Assembly: GCA_950097015.1 (NCBI GenBank)
Contig: CATNEN010000034.1
Location: forward strand, 5,456,001 to 5,520,000
Direction: 5' to 3'
DNA length: 64,000 bases
Source of the DNA: Macrostomum hystrix
Taxonomy: Eukaryota; Animalia; Platyhelminthes
The position numbers were made by a program, and so were the translations under genes. Numbering within the stretch: the first letter of the stretch is position 1; every line of letters starts with the position of its first letter. Below, piece after piece: positions 1 to 13,500 of the stretch. The notes under the pieces were generated by a model. It saw nothing but the letters and a program-made list of their open reading frames with translations. It was not told where the DNA came from and ran no database searches.

Positions 1-103
1 TGAATTGGGATCTGAAAGTCATGTCCCTGATCCTCGAATTGGGATCTAAAAGACCTGTCCCTGATCCTCGAATTGGGATCTGAAAGACCTGTCCCTGATC
101 CAC
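1..103. repeat. Tandem repeat, ~34-bp unit, ~3 copies (truncated by window start)
   Basis: GAATTGGGATCTGAAAGACCTGTCCCTGATCCTC repeated near-perfectly three times. Confidence 0.85.
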
Positions 104-1385
104 AAAATGGATCAAACGCTTTTACGCATTTATTTATTTGCAATTTGTTAGTCAAGCAGGCAAACAGTTAGTTAGTCCCAGTTGTTTTAAAGTCCCCTGA
201 TTCATTGTATGGTAATATCCCAGTTTGTTTTCTGTCTGACTATGAAAGAAATTACTAAGCATTTTAATGCCTCAAATACACCAAATGTGTGGCTTGCTAT
301 TTTTGTCACCAATTCATTGAAAGTTTCTTACGTCAAAATAAAATAATGTCATGTTTAAAATCATGTCGTCAATTATTTGCCTTACAGCTGTCCAGTCTAT
401 GGACTGGGTACAGGGTGCCACACCTTCAATTTCCTGCCTTAGCTTTGTCAGCCCTAGCCAGGTGTGTAATTTCCTGCCGCAACACCCGCGCTCCCCTGCA
501 AGAAGTGGATGAACTTTCCCTAGAATATACACATCCCCATCCTTCAGGATCCCCTTGAGCGGATCCCGTATGCCTGGCCCTCCCTTCTCAAATCCCCAGT
601 TCTGGTAGTGAGTCCTTTTCTTTCCACTCCCAATTCAGTAGCTACAAATAGGCCTCAAGATTTGGCCGCCTGGGTGGGCAGGGAGATTGCTTTGGGTGGG
701 ATTATAGGACAGAGTTCGGCGAAATGAAAGCTTCGCGCTATGGGTGGGGGCTGGTGGAATGAGATGAGGCGGAAAAGTGAGTACATGCAGCTCCTCATCT
801 TCCCAGTTTTCTCGCTCTCTTCCCCTCTTCTCTTCCCGTATCTCCTCCCAACGTCTTTCTCTCTCTGTCCTGTCCTCAGTCTTAACCAACTTTAAGCAAA
901 CTGCCCCCCCCCGAATGAGGAGCTGCTGGGAGAAGGGCCGGGTAGCAGTCGGGAAGAAAATCCAAACTCACTGACCAACTGCGAGAGAGAAACCCGCCTA
1001 GTCGGAAGGGAGAAAGAGAGCAGCCCGTTTCTCTCTCTATATTCTGTCCCGATCCCACACACACGTGTGGCGTGATGGGAATGGATGAGGAAAACTTTAA
1101 AAAATGCTTGGAACAGGGGCCGGTGGGAGAAGGAGGCGGGAGGGCAAGGCTGGGGTTGCTGAGCTGGGGTGGGGGTGGCAGCGCCGCCTTTATTGAGGCA
1201 GCGACGGCTTTGGCGGAGGAAAGCGGGTTGAAAACCGGTTGGCGATGCTTCTGCGAACTGAGAGTTCCCTGCTCGGACTTTTGCCCTGGCCGCAGCTCAG
1301 CTGTGCTCAACCAGTCAAGCCGTAGATTGGGCGAGCGGGCAGCGCTTGGCTGCTGTGCTGGGACATTAGTTGCCGCGGCTGCGGC

Positions 1386-4300
1386 ATGCTGCATTATCGG
1401 TCGACGCTGCCACCCCGGCGGCCGGAAAGCTGCTTGGCAGGTGAGTCTTACTCAGGTGTCAAAGGTTAGGTGTGACGGTGACGCTAGTTCATGTCGCAGG
1501 CCGCGGAGAGAGGGCTTGGGGGATCGTAATGCTACGAGCCCGTATTTACGCACTTTAAGGGCCAATAATAATTATTGCAGGAGGGCTGCTGGCAACCGAT
1601 TGGTAACACTAGACTCGCAGCTAGCGGGAAGGCATTCACCATTCTCCCATTCCGCTGACTCCTGAGCACACACGCGCACAGATACCGTACGCAGGCACAC
1701 GCTCACACGGGTGTGTACATCCGCCCTGAGTTTCTCATCGTGTGGCAGTGTACACTCTCACTGTGTATTGGAGGTTGGCCCTCAATGGCGTAAATTGCAC
1801 GACAAGCCCTCAAACCCTCGCCGCGGAATCGAACTCAGGGACCTTGGTGTGAGAGGCAAACGCGGTAACCACTTTTCCACTCACGCCCTTGAGGGCCAAC
1901 CCAATCACAAGCTAAAGTGAGAGTGTTAATCTGCGATGAGAAAGCCGGTGCAGATAATTGTGTGAGTGTGTTCCTGCTTATGGCATGCATGTGTGCTCAG
2001 GATTCAGCTGAGTAGGTAAAATAGCATCTCGCTAGTCGCAGAATCGACTCGCTAAAGTCTGCGTCAATGCTCACAGCTCCCTGTAATATTTTCATCCGCG
2101 GACAGTGTACAAGTTCACTGCGCCTTGGGGCCTGGGTCCAGGGGCGTCAAGTGCATGAGTGCAAGCAACACTCGAGTCAATGAAGGCTTTCACATCGACG
2201 TTCGCATAATTCGGCGATTAATAATCCACGAAATGGAGGTCTCATTTTACTGTCAGGAAACAAGTCATATTGGAAGTCAAAGATTCTCTCTCGTAGAGCA
2301 GCAATTCGGAATTTTACGATACCCGAGTCCAGGATCGGTGCGGAATGAAAAAGCCACCCAACGATCTTTTGAGTGCGCGAACTCAAACCGCCAGATCCCC
2401 AATGGGGATTGATTGGGTTCTTGAGAAGCGGTGCTTGAGGGCCTGTTCCTCCCGCCACGGACGCAGCGGTCGGCACACAATTCAAGGTCGATGCAAGTTG
2501 CAAGGCGCACACAATTCGCTGGCGAAATAGCCGAGTGGTTGCTGTCTGCAGCTAGCCAACTGGTCATTAATCAAAGTGCTGCTATAGTGTATGCTGCTAC
2601 CGAACCAACTCGACAGGGCCTGCAACAATTTGGGAAATCGGCTTCGTGTTCTACAGCCTGTTTGCACAGGCTTTGCGAGCTCATGTTAACCTTGCGCACT
2701 CGGAAGAATTTTTTTGGGTCAAAAGTTTCTCACTCTTAATTGTTCGAAATCAGCCTTCAAAATTCTCTTTGGCCAATCAAATTGCAAAGGCCTGAATCTA
2801 TTTCAACTGTCCTTGAAGTCCGCTTGATCAAGGACCAACCGCATGCCAGAACATGAGCTTGGCAGATGAACAACACTGTATGAATGTATCCACGTGTGCT
2901 CTGCTTGTCAGAAAATTCTCATCAAGTTAACAAAAATCACTCCAGAATCTACAAAAATAAGGCCGCCCCGGCAACACCGACTGTCTCTAACATCGCTGTT
3001 TCTGCTGCTGCTGCTGCTGGCTCCAGTGAGCGACGCTACCTCCCTAGTTGAGTCCGACTTCTCACCTGCCCAGCTGTCTAGCCGGTCCGGCCCCGGTCAT
3101 CACTCCGGCCGTCGGGTGAAAATGGCGGAGAAGAACCTCATCCAGGAGCTGCTGCGCGACTACGACAAGAAGAGCCGGCCGGTGGTGGACACCGACCCGG
3201 ATGGCGGCACGCCGAAGATCCTGCGGCCGCGCGAGAAGGGCGCCAATTCTAGTCGCATTCCGATCCAGCAGATCACTGTGCAGTTTGGCCTGCGCCTGGT
3301 GCAGATTCTGGACCTGAACGAGATGGAGCAGGTCCTCACTGTCAGCGTCATATCGCTCTACGTGAGTCGAGACCCATTCCGTCTTCACTATCTACTCAAC
3401 CTCTCCCCTGTCAACTCAATGTCCACCTTGTCTACCTGCTCAGTTTTACTATCGACCGTTCTTGTCATCACTAATAATGAAATTCAATATTATAGTTGCT
3501 GTACAGTTGCAACATTAACCGATAAAATAGAATAGCAAAAGTAGCAACCAGATTCCCAACAACTCAATCGTGAACCTGCCACAGCAATGGGTGGACTATC
3601 ACCTGCGCTGGGAGCCCGAGGAGGAGTCTGGCATCAAGTTTCTTCACATACCGACCAGCAAGCTCTGGCTGCCGGATATTGCATTGTACAACTAGTGAGT
3701 TAAGGCCTCTTTATTTCCCACAATTATCCCATTCTCCAACTAAAGACCTCGCCAACAAAAATCCGATTCCAGCGCCGACGAAAGACTTGAAGAGAGACGC
3801 GACTGCGCGGCAAAGGTTCACCACAATGGCACTGTGGAGTGGCACCCGATGGCCATCTATAAGAGTGCCTGCGAGATAAAAATCAAGTACTTCCCATTTG
3901 ATAAACAGGTCTGCTGGCTCAAATTCGGACCCTGGACTTACGATGGGTAAGCAGGGAGTATTAATTATCATCATGGAACAGTCAGGATGTGCTTCATAAG
4001 CTGACTATGTGCTCGAATCTCTTTCACCAGGTGGCGAGTAAACATCTCCTACTATCGCAACATGACAGCCTTCGACGTTGAAGGCATGGTTGACAGCCCA
4101 GAGTGGGAGATTCTTAACCACACGGCCCAGTTCAAGGAGCAGGTGTATCCCTGCTGCCCGGAGCCATACGTTGACATCACCTTCTGGCTGTGGATGCGAC
4201 GCCACACCGCATTCTCAACCCTGATCCTCATTCTACCCTGCTGTCTGCTGTCCTCCCTGACCCTGGTGCTGTTCTGGCTGCCACCGGAGACACCGGCAAA

Positions 4301-5699
4301 GATGGTGCTGGGTGAGCTGAAATATGAGATGCTGGTGAGACGGTTCACTGTGGTTTATGTGTCAACCTTATGTTGTAATGGTTGCGCCTCGGGCTAGTTA
4401 TTTTATGCCACTTGGATTGAATTTCATTTCGCATCCCACCGCTGCCACCAATGTTAGTGAATTTCGGCAAGATGAGACGAGTACTTTTATTTACGAACTA
4501 AAAATAGCTGGTGTGCAAGAGTACCATTGCTGCGACAGATAAATAGCCGTTGGTAGTAAAACAACTCACCCCACAGGGTATAGCGTATAGGTGTACGTGT
4601 ATGTCACACATATCCGTTGTTTTACGGATGCAATTAACTTTCTAGCACACCTCCTCCAGGCATGAACATCTTTGTCGCATTCTTCCTGCTCATGCTGCTG
4701 CTCGAAGGTCAGACCCCGTCTGCATCGGACTCGTTTCCACTGATTGGTGAGTTTCCAAGAAACTGAAGTGAGCAAATATTTTCTTTTTATTGATGGTCGC
4801 ACGGAGTGTTACAATCGAATTAAAGCGCGAACAATGACCCACTCTGTCTGATTTTAGGCCAATACTATTGCCTGAACATGGGCATCATCACGCTCTCCAC
4901 ATTTCTGTCAGTCATTGTGGTCAATTTTCACTTCCGTGGCGACAATCGTCAGGAGGTGCCGCGCTGGCTGAAAAAGGTGAGTCGGAGCTACGAGCTCGAA
5001 ATACTACCTTAAGATTCTCCGGGGGCCTGAGACCATGATTGTTAGTTATTAACCATAAACCAAACAAAAAAATTTTATTATTGTTACTTCTGACTCCATT
5101 TAAACATTTTCAATCTCTTCTTGCAGTTGGCAATCGAACACGGAGCTCGTCTGTTGTTTGTCACTCTGTCGGCAAAGCCGCGACTGCCGCAGCAGCAGCA
5201 AAAGCAAGATTCAGACCTCCAGATGCAGCAGCTACCGCCAATTCAACAGCAGCAGCAGCAGAAGCAGCAGCTGCTCATCACAGCGCCACCCTACAACTTA
5301 GGCCGCATCAACGGAACTTCAGGTCCACCAGATCATTCCCTGGCCTCCTTCATCCAGCCTGGCTTCTACTCCAACTGCCCGCAGCTGCAGCAGCAGCAGC
5401 TGATGGCGCCTGCCCTGTTGGCGATGGAGCCGCTAGCCAGACGCAAGTTGAATACCCTGGCCAAGGATCTACGCGACATCGTAAAAGCCCTGCGCTACAT
5501 ACAGCGACTGCACGAGAGCAAGGAGCGAGTCGGGCGCACGGTGCAGGAGTGGCGCTCGGTTGCCATGGTGCTAGACCGGCTGTTCTTCGTCATCTACTTC
5601 ATCACCATATTCATGTCCATAGTGGTCTATTATCCGAAGGAGGGCAACGAGATTGTGCCAGGCGTCATTCCGGACGACACGCACGGAAATTCGCACTGA
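1386..5699 (+). CDS. Nicotinic acetylcholine receptor alpha-type subunit, predicted anion-selective (ACh-gated chloride channel); 8 exons, ~604 aa
   Basis: Exons 1386-1440, 2946-3361, 3585-3694, 3773-3946, 4031-4311, 4660-4746, 4858-4976, 5127-5699; all GT-AG, phases match, total 1815 nt. Signal peptide ([17 protein letters not shown]), loop [10 protein letters not shown], Cys-loop [15 protein letters not shown], loop B WTYDG, loop C YPCCPEPY with vicinal Cys, M1-M4, M1-M2 linker [14 protein letters not shown]. Exon 1 is the least certain part. Confidence 0.93.
1640..1888 (-). mobile_element. tRNA-derived SINE, family A, copy 1
   Basis: Minus strand begins GGGCGTGAGTGGAAAAGTGGTTACCGCG (A-box-like) ... 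GAGTTCGATTCC (B-box). Body is shared with copies at ~39.2k, ~60.5k and ~62.5k. Confidence 0.8.
1889..2015 (+). mobile_element. 5'-truncated, diverged family A SINE body in inverted orientation next to copy 1
   Basis: TTGAGGGCCAACC...GTGAGAGTGT...GATGAGAAA...GTGTGCTCAGGATTCAGC matches the family A body in the opposite orientation to the adjacent copy. Confidence 0.6.
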
Positions 5700-7535
5700 G
5701 CAGGTTGAGCGAGCTAGGTGTTCCTGAACAGACCGGACACCAAGACTTGGACGCAGATTTTCACTTGCTGCAGAACTTGTTTATGGATGCAAATGTAGGA
5801 AAGAGATCGGGGCACTCGTATTAAGATATTGTGATGATTCGCGATGGTTCTTTGCCCTCAGAGCCAGCTTTCGGAGGAAAAGCTTAGTTTTAAAAAAATT
5901 TGGCAATGAAAATACATTCAAAAACTACATTTTTTTTAAATCTGGAGAACTCACTTGGTCCCTCGTGACGGCTAAAGTCGCAATACAGATGCGATCTGAG
6001 TAAAATAATTTTCCATCAAGGCTCACGTTGGTCATTATCCAGCTATTTTTGCTCACACTGCGCTCAGCTCAATTAATTCTTAAATCAGGTAGAGCTGCCA
6101 ATGCACTACGCTCGTAGAAATTCACGCAAATCTGACCGGAATCCTAAATCAAAAGCACCCGCACCACCTAATTTTATTGTGGCTCTAGTATTTTCTAAAA
6201 TTCGTACAATCTGTTTTTTGAACACTTCAGGTATGACGCTGGTCACAAAATGTTTAGAGTAGACTTTTAAAACACGGCATAAGTATTGTCACACATGTGA
6301 GCGTGTGATTCCAATTTCTGTTCCGATTCGTTGTATTGCATAATAACTTTCAGTTTTATTTGATTTAATCACAGGTTGTAAAGGCTTGCAGCTCAGCTCC
6401 TTGTTGTAAAAGCTGTTGTTACCTGCCCGAAACCCCTCCTTAAGTAGCGCGTTTGCACTACCCCCTCACATTTATAAACGCTCTCTCGTGAGTAGCATTG
6501 CCCGCTGGCTAGATCCAAGCAATGCACTTTTCTTTACAGCACCACAGATGACTAAGGTTGTATGTACATTCTAAGCATTCTGCCAATGGCCCCCTTAAAA
6601 TTAGCAGATCGATGTTTGTTTAATTTCTCAACTTTCAATTTTATTATCAAGTACATACTAGGGCGTCCAAAAAAGCTTAGGGATATTTTTTATAACGTTT
6701 TCCACAACCAGCAATAATTACAGCAACTGATGTATTTCACTGTGGCTTAATATCACCAACTGTTAAAATTATGTTGCGTAATCGTTTTCACTCGCGTACC
6801 TTGCACGAGAAATGTTTCTTGGCTTCTAACTACTAATAACTACGTAACTTAGTAGACAGACGATAATATAAATTAGTAAAGAACTGTTTCTCCTGTTGTC
6901 TTTTATCTCCCAAAAATAACTGCCTATTGGCCCATGTGGCTCACAGGATTTTTCCATAAGAATGCCCGCATCTTCCATAGCCGCAGTTGCGAGTGCTGAA
7001 TCTTCTTCTGAAGTTTAAAATGGGAGTCGCCGGGAGTCCTGCAGGCAAGCTAGCTAGTTTAGAAGACTTTCTTGGAAATGTAATTTTACGGCCGATGCCG
7101 AGGCCGATACAATTTTATCCCTGGTGGTACGATGGGAGCAGGAGAGAGGGCAGAAGGGAAAAATAGGATTTTATCCGAGCTAGTTGCAAGAAATAGACAC
7201 TTTAAGAATAGTCAGTTTCACAAAGTTCGCGCGAGTAAATAATGTATAACGCATGCGTTTTAAATGAATAACACTGACCTGCGCCTACTGTGAGTAGTCA
7301 GTCAGCATTTGTTAAAACATGTGAAAATCTAAACAATAATAATCGTTATGCATGAATCTGAAATAAGAAAACTTCTGCGCGATGAGTGGATTCTAAAAAA
7401 TACATAGACATCATATTGTAAAATATTGCGTGCACACGCTATATAAAGCAGGACATTGAAGAATTTTAATTGATGACACTTGAGTACAGCATGTGCGCAG
7501 TGCACCAATTTTGCACTTTGCAGTTTGTGACCAGC

Positions 7536-10500
7536 TCACTCGATAGGCGAAGCGCTCAACTGCCCAACAGAATCGGCTGGGAATAGGCCTACCTGGCCAT
7601 TCAGCTTGCGGCCCGACCACAGGCTGCCCTCCTGTGACAGCACAGCAACTATCTCGCCTATGCTGAGGCTCACGTGACCAGACGAGGGCGGCGCGCTGTA
7701 TTCGCGAATAACCGGCGCCCAGCCCAGCACAGTGCCAGATGCCTTGCGAACTGACTGCCTGGCCTGCTGCTGCTGCTGCTGCTGATGCTGCTGTTTGAAT
7801 GGAATCTCCAGTTTGCAGTCTAACTCACTGAAGCATTCGCGAAGACTGTTGGAGCTGAAAATGATTAAAAGGCTTTTAGGAGCGACACAGAACCCTAGAC
7901 TGGAGGGTTATCTGTCACACAATGAGCTCACACAGCAGGCAGTGGATGGAGGGTTATCTGTCACACAATGAGCTCACACAGCAGGCAGTGGATGGAGGGT
8001 TATCTGTCACACAATGAGCTCACACAGCAGGCAGTGGATGGATGGTTATCTGTCACGCAATGAGCTCACACAGCAGGCAGTGGATGGATGGTTATCTGTT
8101 ACACAATGAGCTCACACAGCAGGCAGTGGATGGATGGTTATCTGTCACACAATGAGCTCACACAGCAGGCAGTGGATGGATGGTTATCTGTTACACAATG
8201 AGCTCACACAGCAGGCAGTGGATGGATGGTTATCTGTCACACAATGAGCTCACACAGCAGGCAGTGGATGGATGGTTATCTGTTACACAATGAGCTCACA
8301 CAGCAGGCAGTGGATGGATGGTTATCTGTTACACAATGAGCTCACACAGCAGGCAGTGGATGGATGGTTAGCTGTTACACAATGAGCTCACACAGCAGGC
8401 AGTGGATGGATGGTTAGCTGTTACACAATGAGCTCACACAGCAGGCAGTGGATGGATGGTTAGCTGTTACACAATGAGCTCACACAGCAGGCAGTGGATG
8501 GATGGTTAGCTGTTACACAATGAGCTCACACAGCAGGCAGTGGATGGATGGTTAGCTGTTACACAATGATCTCACACAGCAGGCAGCGGTTGTCAAGATC
8601 TTACCAGTAGAATGCAATGAGTTCCGGTGCAGTTGCAAAGTTCCTGGTCTCGCCCAAGCGGTAGCCATTCGGGGACCGGAGGATGCGCATGTGCTTGACA
8701 ACATCGCCGTGCCTGAGGGACACAGCGTATTCCCCGTTGCCCTGACTCTCGCGCACCAGAAATGTTCCGGAGGGTCTGGACAGCAGGGCGTCGCGCGCGT
8801 CGTCTCGAACCATCACGCCGACGTAATAATCGCTCCAGGCAGGAGAAACGCCGGCAGCGGCCTGAATCGATGCTCGTTGGTCGTTGGGCGCGGCGACAAT
8901 TGACGATGGCATCGGCGAGCGCGGACTATTGCTGCCCGGATCCTGCGACACTGAAGGACTCGGCGCCACGTAGCTGATGGTGTCCCGCCTAGCAACCTGA
9001 GTCTGGGGACTGCGCGGCGGCGCCGGCGACATCAGCGACTGAGGCCGCGCGCCGAAGGAGAAGCCTTGAAGAAAGGTTCAGGAATTTTTACAGTAAAGCT
9101 GTGAGGATTTTCTTTCTCACTGCACTTGCCTTTGGGATTTGCGAAGTAATCTAAGATTCTGGATAGATGGCTGCCTGCTCTGCCTCCCTGTTCCAGGTGG
9201 GTTAGACATGCTGGGATGGTTTAAGGTTGCAGGGCTGCCTGTTCCATGTGGGTTAGACATGCAGGGATGGTTCAGGTTGCAGGGCTGCCTGTTCCATGTG
9301 GGTTAGACATGCAGGGATGGTTCAGGGTTGCAGGGTTGCAGGGCTGCCTGTTCCATGTGGGTTAGACATGCAGGGATGGTTCAGGGATGCAGGGCTGCCT
9401 GTTCCATGTGGGTTAGACATGCAGGGATGGTTAAGGGTTGCAGGGCTGCCTGTTCCATGTGGGTTAGACATGCAGGGATGGTTAAGGGTTGCAGGGCTGC
9501 CTGTTCCATGTGGGTTAGACATGCAGGGATGGTTCAGGTTGCAGGGCTGCCTGTTCCAGGTGGGTTAGACATGCAGGGATGGTTCAGGGTTGCAGGGCTG
9601 CCTGTTCCAGGTGGGTTAGACATGCAGGGATGGTTCAGGAATGCAGGGCTGCCTGTTCCATGTGGGTTAGACATGCAGGGATGGTTCAGGGTTGCAGGGC
9701 TGCCTGTTCCATGTGGGTTAGACATGCAGGGATGGTTCAGGGTTGCAGGGCTGCCTGTTCCAGGTGGGTTAGACATGCACAGCCAGATAAAACACGCACC
9801 CTGCTGATTGGCAAAAGATGGCGGTGAAATAGGTTTGTTGGGAATGCACTGCTTGTGCACGGTGTGGCCAGACTTGCGGCATTTGTAGCCCTGAAAGAAG
9901 CAGCCGTGAATGAGCTTGTTGCAGACTGTACACATAGCCGGCGCGTCTAGGGTGCGTCTTTCGAAAAAATAGCCGTTTGCATTGTAGTTGGCGGGCGCCA
10001 CGTCGTCTTTAGCTCGCTGAAAGGCCTCCAACCAGCGCGCCCTAGCGTCTCGAGTCTTGGCGAAGAAGAGAAAGTTCACCTTCTCGGGCTGGTCCTTGGC
10101 CGAGCCTGACTGAGGCTGCTCTGAGACTACAAATCCCCAGCTCCACTTGGCGTCACTGCCAGACGATGAAGCCGCTGTTGATGTCGAATTGGCGGACGAA
10201 GACGATGCCAGGTCCAGTTCGCGTATGAGCAAATTAGGCTTAACCGCGAATGCAGTTTTGAAGGTCAGGCCTGGCCTGGGCTTGGCAAGCATGAACATGC
10301 GGGTCCACAGGAAGCACACTCGCAGCTTGCTGCCTCCGTTAGGCTTGGCCGGGTCGTTGGCTACTCGCAGATCGTCGTCGCGTTCCAAACGTCCGTAATC
10401 GGTTAGGCGCAGATTGCCAGGCATGTCCAGGCTGCTGATCTGAGGAATTGAGGAGGAGACCGCCTGCTTCGATTCCTGCTGGAATTTTACGATTCTAGCT

Positions 10501-13500
10501 ACGGGATCCTGATACGATTCTAACTACGGGATCCTGATACGATTCTAACTACGGGTTCCTGATACGATTCTAACTACGGGATCCTGATACGATTCTAACT
10601 ACGGGTTCCTGATACGATTCTGACTACGGGTTCCTGATACGATTCTAACTACGGGTTCCTGATACGATTCTAACTACGGGATCCTGATACGATTCTAACT
10701 ACGGGTTCCTGATACGATTCTAACTACGGGTTCCTGATACGATTCTAACTACGGGTTCCTGATACGATTCTAGCTACGGGATCCTGATACGATTCTAGCT
10801 ACGGGATCCTGATACGATTCTAGCTACGGGATCCTGATACGATTCTAACTACGGGATCCTGATACGATTCTAACTACGGGTTCCTGATACGATTCTAGCT
10901 ACGGGATCCTGATACGATTCTAACTACGGGTTCCTGATACGATTCTAACTACGGGTTCCTGATACGATTCTAACTACGGGTTCCTGATACGATTCTAGCT
11001 ACGGGATCCTGATACGATTCTAGCTACGGGATCCTGATACGATTCTAACTACGGGATCCTGATACGATTCTAGCTACGGGATCCTGATACGATTCCAGCT
11101 ACGGGATCCTGATACGATTCTAGCTACGGGATCCTGATACGATTCTAGCTACGGGATCCTGATACGATTCTAACTACGGGTTCCTGATACGATTCTAGCT
11201 ACGGGATCCTGATACGATTCTAGCTACGGGATCCTGATACGATTCTAGCTACGGGATCCTGATACGATTCTAGCTACGGGATCCTGATACGATTCTAACT
11301 ACGGGATCCTGATACGATTCTAACTACGGGTTCCTGACACGATTCTAACTACGGGTTCCTGATACGATTCTAACTACGGGTTTCTGATACGATTCTAGCT
11401 ACGGGATCCTGATACGATTCTAGCTACGGGATCCTGATACGATTCTAACTACGGGATCCTGATACGATTCTAGCTACGGGATCCTGATACGATTCTTACT
11501 ACGGGTTCCTGATACGATTCTAACTACGGGATCCTGATACGATTCTAACTACGGGTTCCTGATACGATTCTAGCTACGGGATCCTGATACGATTCTAACT
11601 ACGGGTTCCTGATACGATTCTAACTACGGGTTCCTGATACGATTCTAGCTACGGGTTCCTGATACGATTCTAGCTACGGGTTCCTGATACGATTCTAACT
11701 ACGGGATCCTGATACGATTCTAGCTACGGGTTCCTGATACGATTCTAACTACGGGTTCCTGATACGATTCTAGCTACGGGTTCCTGATACGATTCTAGCT
11801 ACGGGTTCCTGATACGATTCTAACTACGGGTTCCTGATACGATTCTAGCTACGGTTGTTGCTGTGCTTCTAGCCATGGTCTTGCCGCAATTCTAGCTACG
11901 GTTGTTGCTGCGATTCCAGCTAGGGTCCAGCTGCTATATAATTTCGCATCTACCTAGCTTCGGCACGTGCCCTAGCTACGGTTCCTGATGCGATTATGTT
12001 GGGATTTTCTATTCGGTTCCTGACATGATTTTAGCTACGAGGGTAGTATTCTCGCTGTGACACATATTAGTTGTAATTGTAAATACTAAATTAAACAAAA
12101 AACTACGTACTATTAACAGTTGAGAAATTAAAAATGCTAGAACTGAACACTAAACTTTCTTTAGTTAAGAAACTTAAGAAACGGATAGGAAACGTACACA
12201 CGAGCAACCAAAAATATACCTTAATCTTGAGACGATGTCAGAGCAGATACTACTGGCCAGACTGCTGACTGGTTAGTAGCAAGTGCGGATGGGCACATAT
12301 ATTGAAGATTTTCCTTAGTGAAATTCGTGCAAAATGAGTCTATCATGTTTTTTTCTTTTATAGAGGAATGAAATCCTCTTCCATACTACTAGAAGTAGAA
12401 TGCCAATTTTCCAATTTGTTGTTAATAGGAAAAACAGTGATGCAAGACAATTATTGAATAATTTAATCCAACGTAGATAATAAACACTAATGCTGAACTC
12501 TCGCTAAGAAAATATAAGTCTGCAAAAATCGTGTACAGTGTATTAATGTGCGACACAAACAGATGACCGAACAAATATTGAGCATATTCGCAAACGATGC
12601 GTAACACAAATATATAGATGTGCTAAAAATAATTTTAGTTTGCAATTCAACCCACACTGCGCTGGCTTCTGGACCGCCGTCTGGCAATTGAAAAATCTGC
12701 GAGCGGCAGAAACTGCGACAGGAAAATGAAATATGAATGCGAACAGAAATAATAGGATTCCTCTTGGGGATATTTCGCTATGGTGGGGCTACAGTGTGAA
12801 TATCCAGGATGCTTTACAAACATTAACTGCTCCATTTCTCCCAAATAAATTAAAGCAATTATTTTTAAAAAAGATAATTCCTGCTGCCAAATGATTGCGC
12901 GAAAAAATGAAACGATACATTTTGTTGCCGGGATGCATCTAGACCGCGAAGCGAGGGATATGACTGCATCCAGTAAGAAAATTACTTGTATGAAAAAAAG
13001 AGAGCAGAGAGTACAGATCTCGAGTGGAGCAAGATGGGTACAAGAGAAATGGGAGAAAGAAGGATAGGAGAAAGGGAGAAAATGGATAGTGCAGAAGGGA
13101 ATAAACAGGGAGAGAAGAAGAGGAGAAAGAGGCAGAGGAGAAGGGGAGAAAGAACGAGGCAGAGTAGATGGGGAGAAAGAGGCAGAGTAGATGGGGAGAA
13201 AGAGGCAGAGGAGATGGGGAGAAAGAGGCAGAGGAGATGGGGAAAAAGAGCCAAAGGAGATGGGGAGAAAGAGGCAGAGGAGATGGGGATAAAGAGCCAA
13301 AGGAGATGGGGAGAAAGAGGCAGAGGAGATGGGGAGAAAGAGGCAGAGGAGATGGGGAGAAAGAGGGAGAGGAGATGGGGAAAAAGAGCCAAAGGAGATG
13401 GGGAGAAAGAGGCAGAGGAGAGGGGTATAAACAGGGAAAGGAGAAGGGGTGAAAGAGGGATAGGAGAAGGGGAGAAAGAGGGATAGGAGAAGGGGAGAAA

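Noticed and set aside
1072-1665. 197-aa ORF as an independent gene
   Set aside because: No recognisable domain; it spans the GC-rich leader, exon 1 (in another frame) and intron 1 of the receptor gene.
2085-2110. RE1/NRSE-like element (TTCATCCGCGGACAGTG) in a neuronal gene intron
   Set aside because: Only a half-site match with wrong spacing, and REST is not established in this lineage.
2894-2945. ORF-track start (GTG) of the receptor
   Set aside because: Non-ATG start upstream of a TCCAG acceptor; a phase-matched ATG exon at 1386-1440 explains the N-terminus better.
10486-11855. CRISPR-like appearance of the long regular arrays (also 22855-24660, 53945-54620, 59028-59465)
   Set aside because: Units are head-to-tail with no unique spacers, there are no cas genes, and the context is eukaryotic intron.
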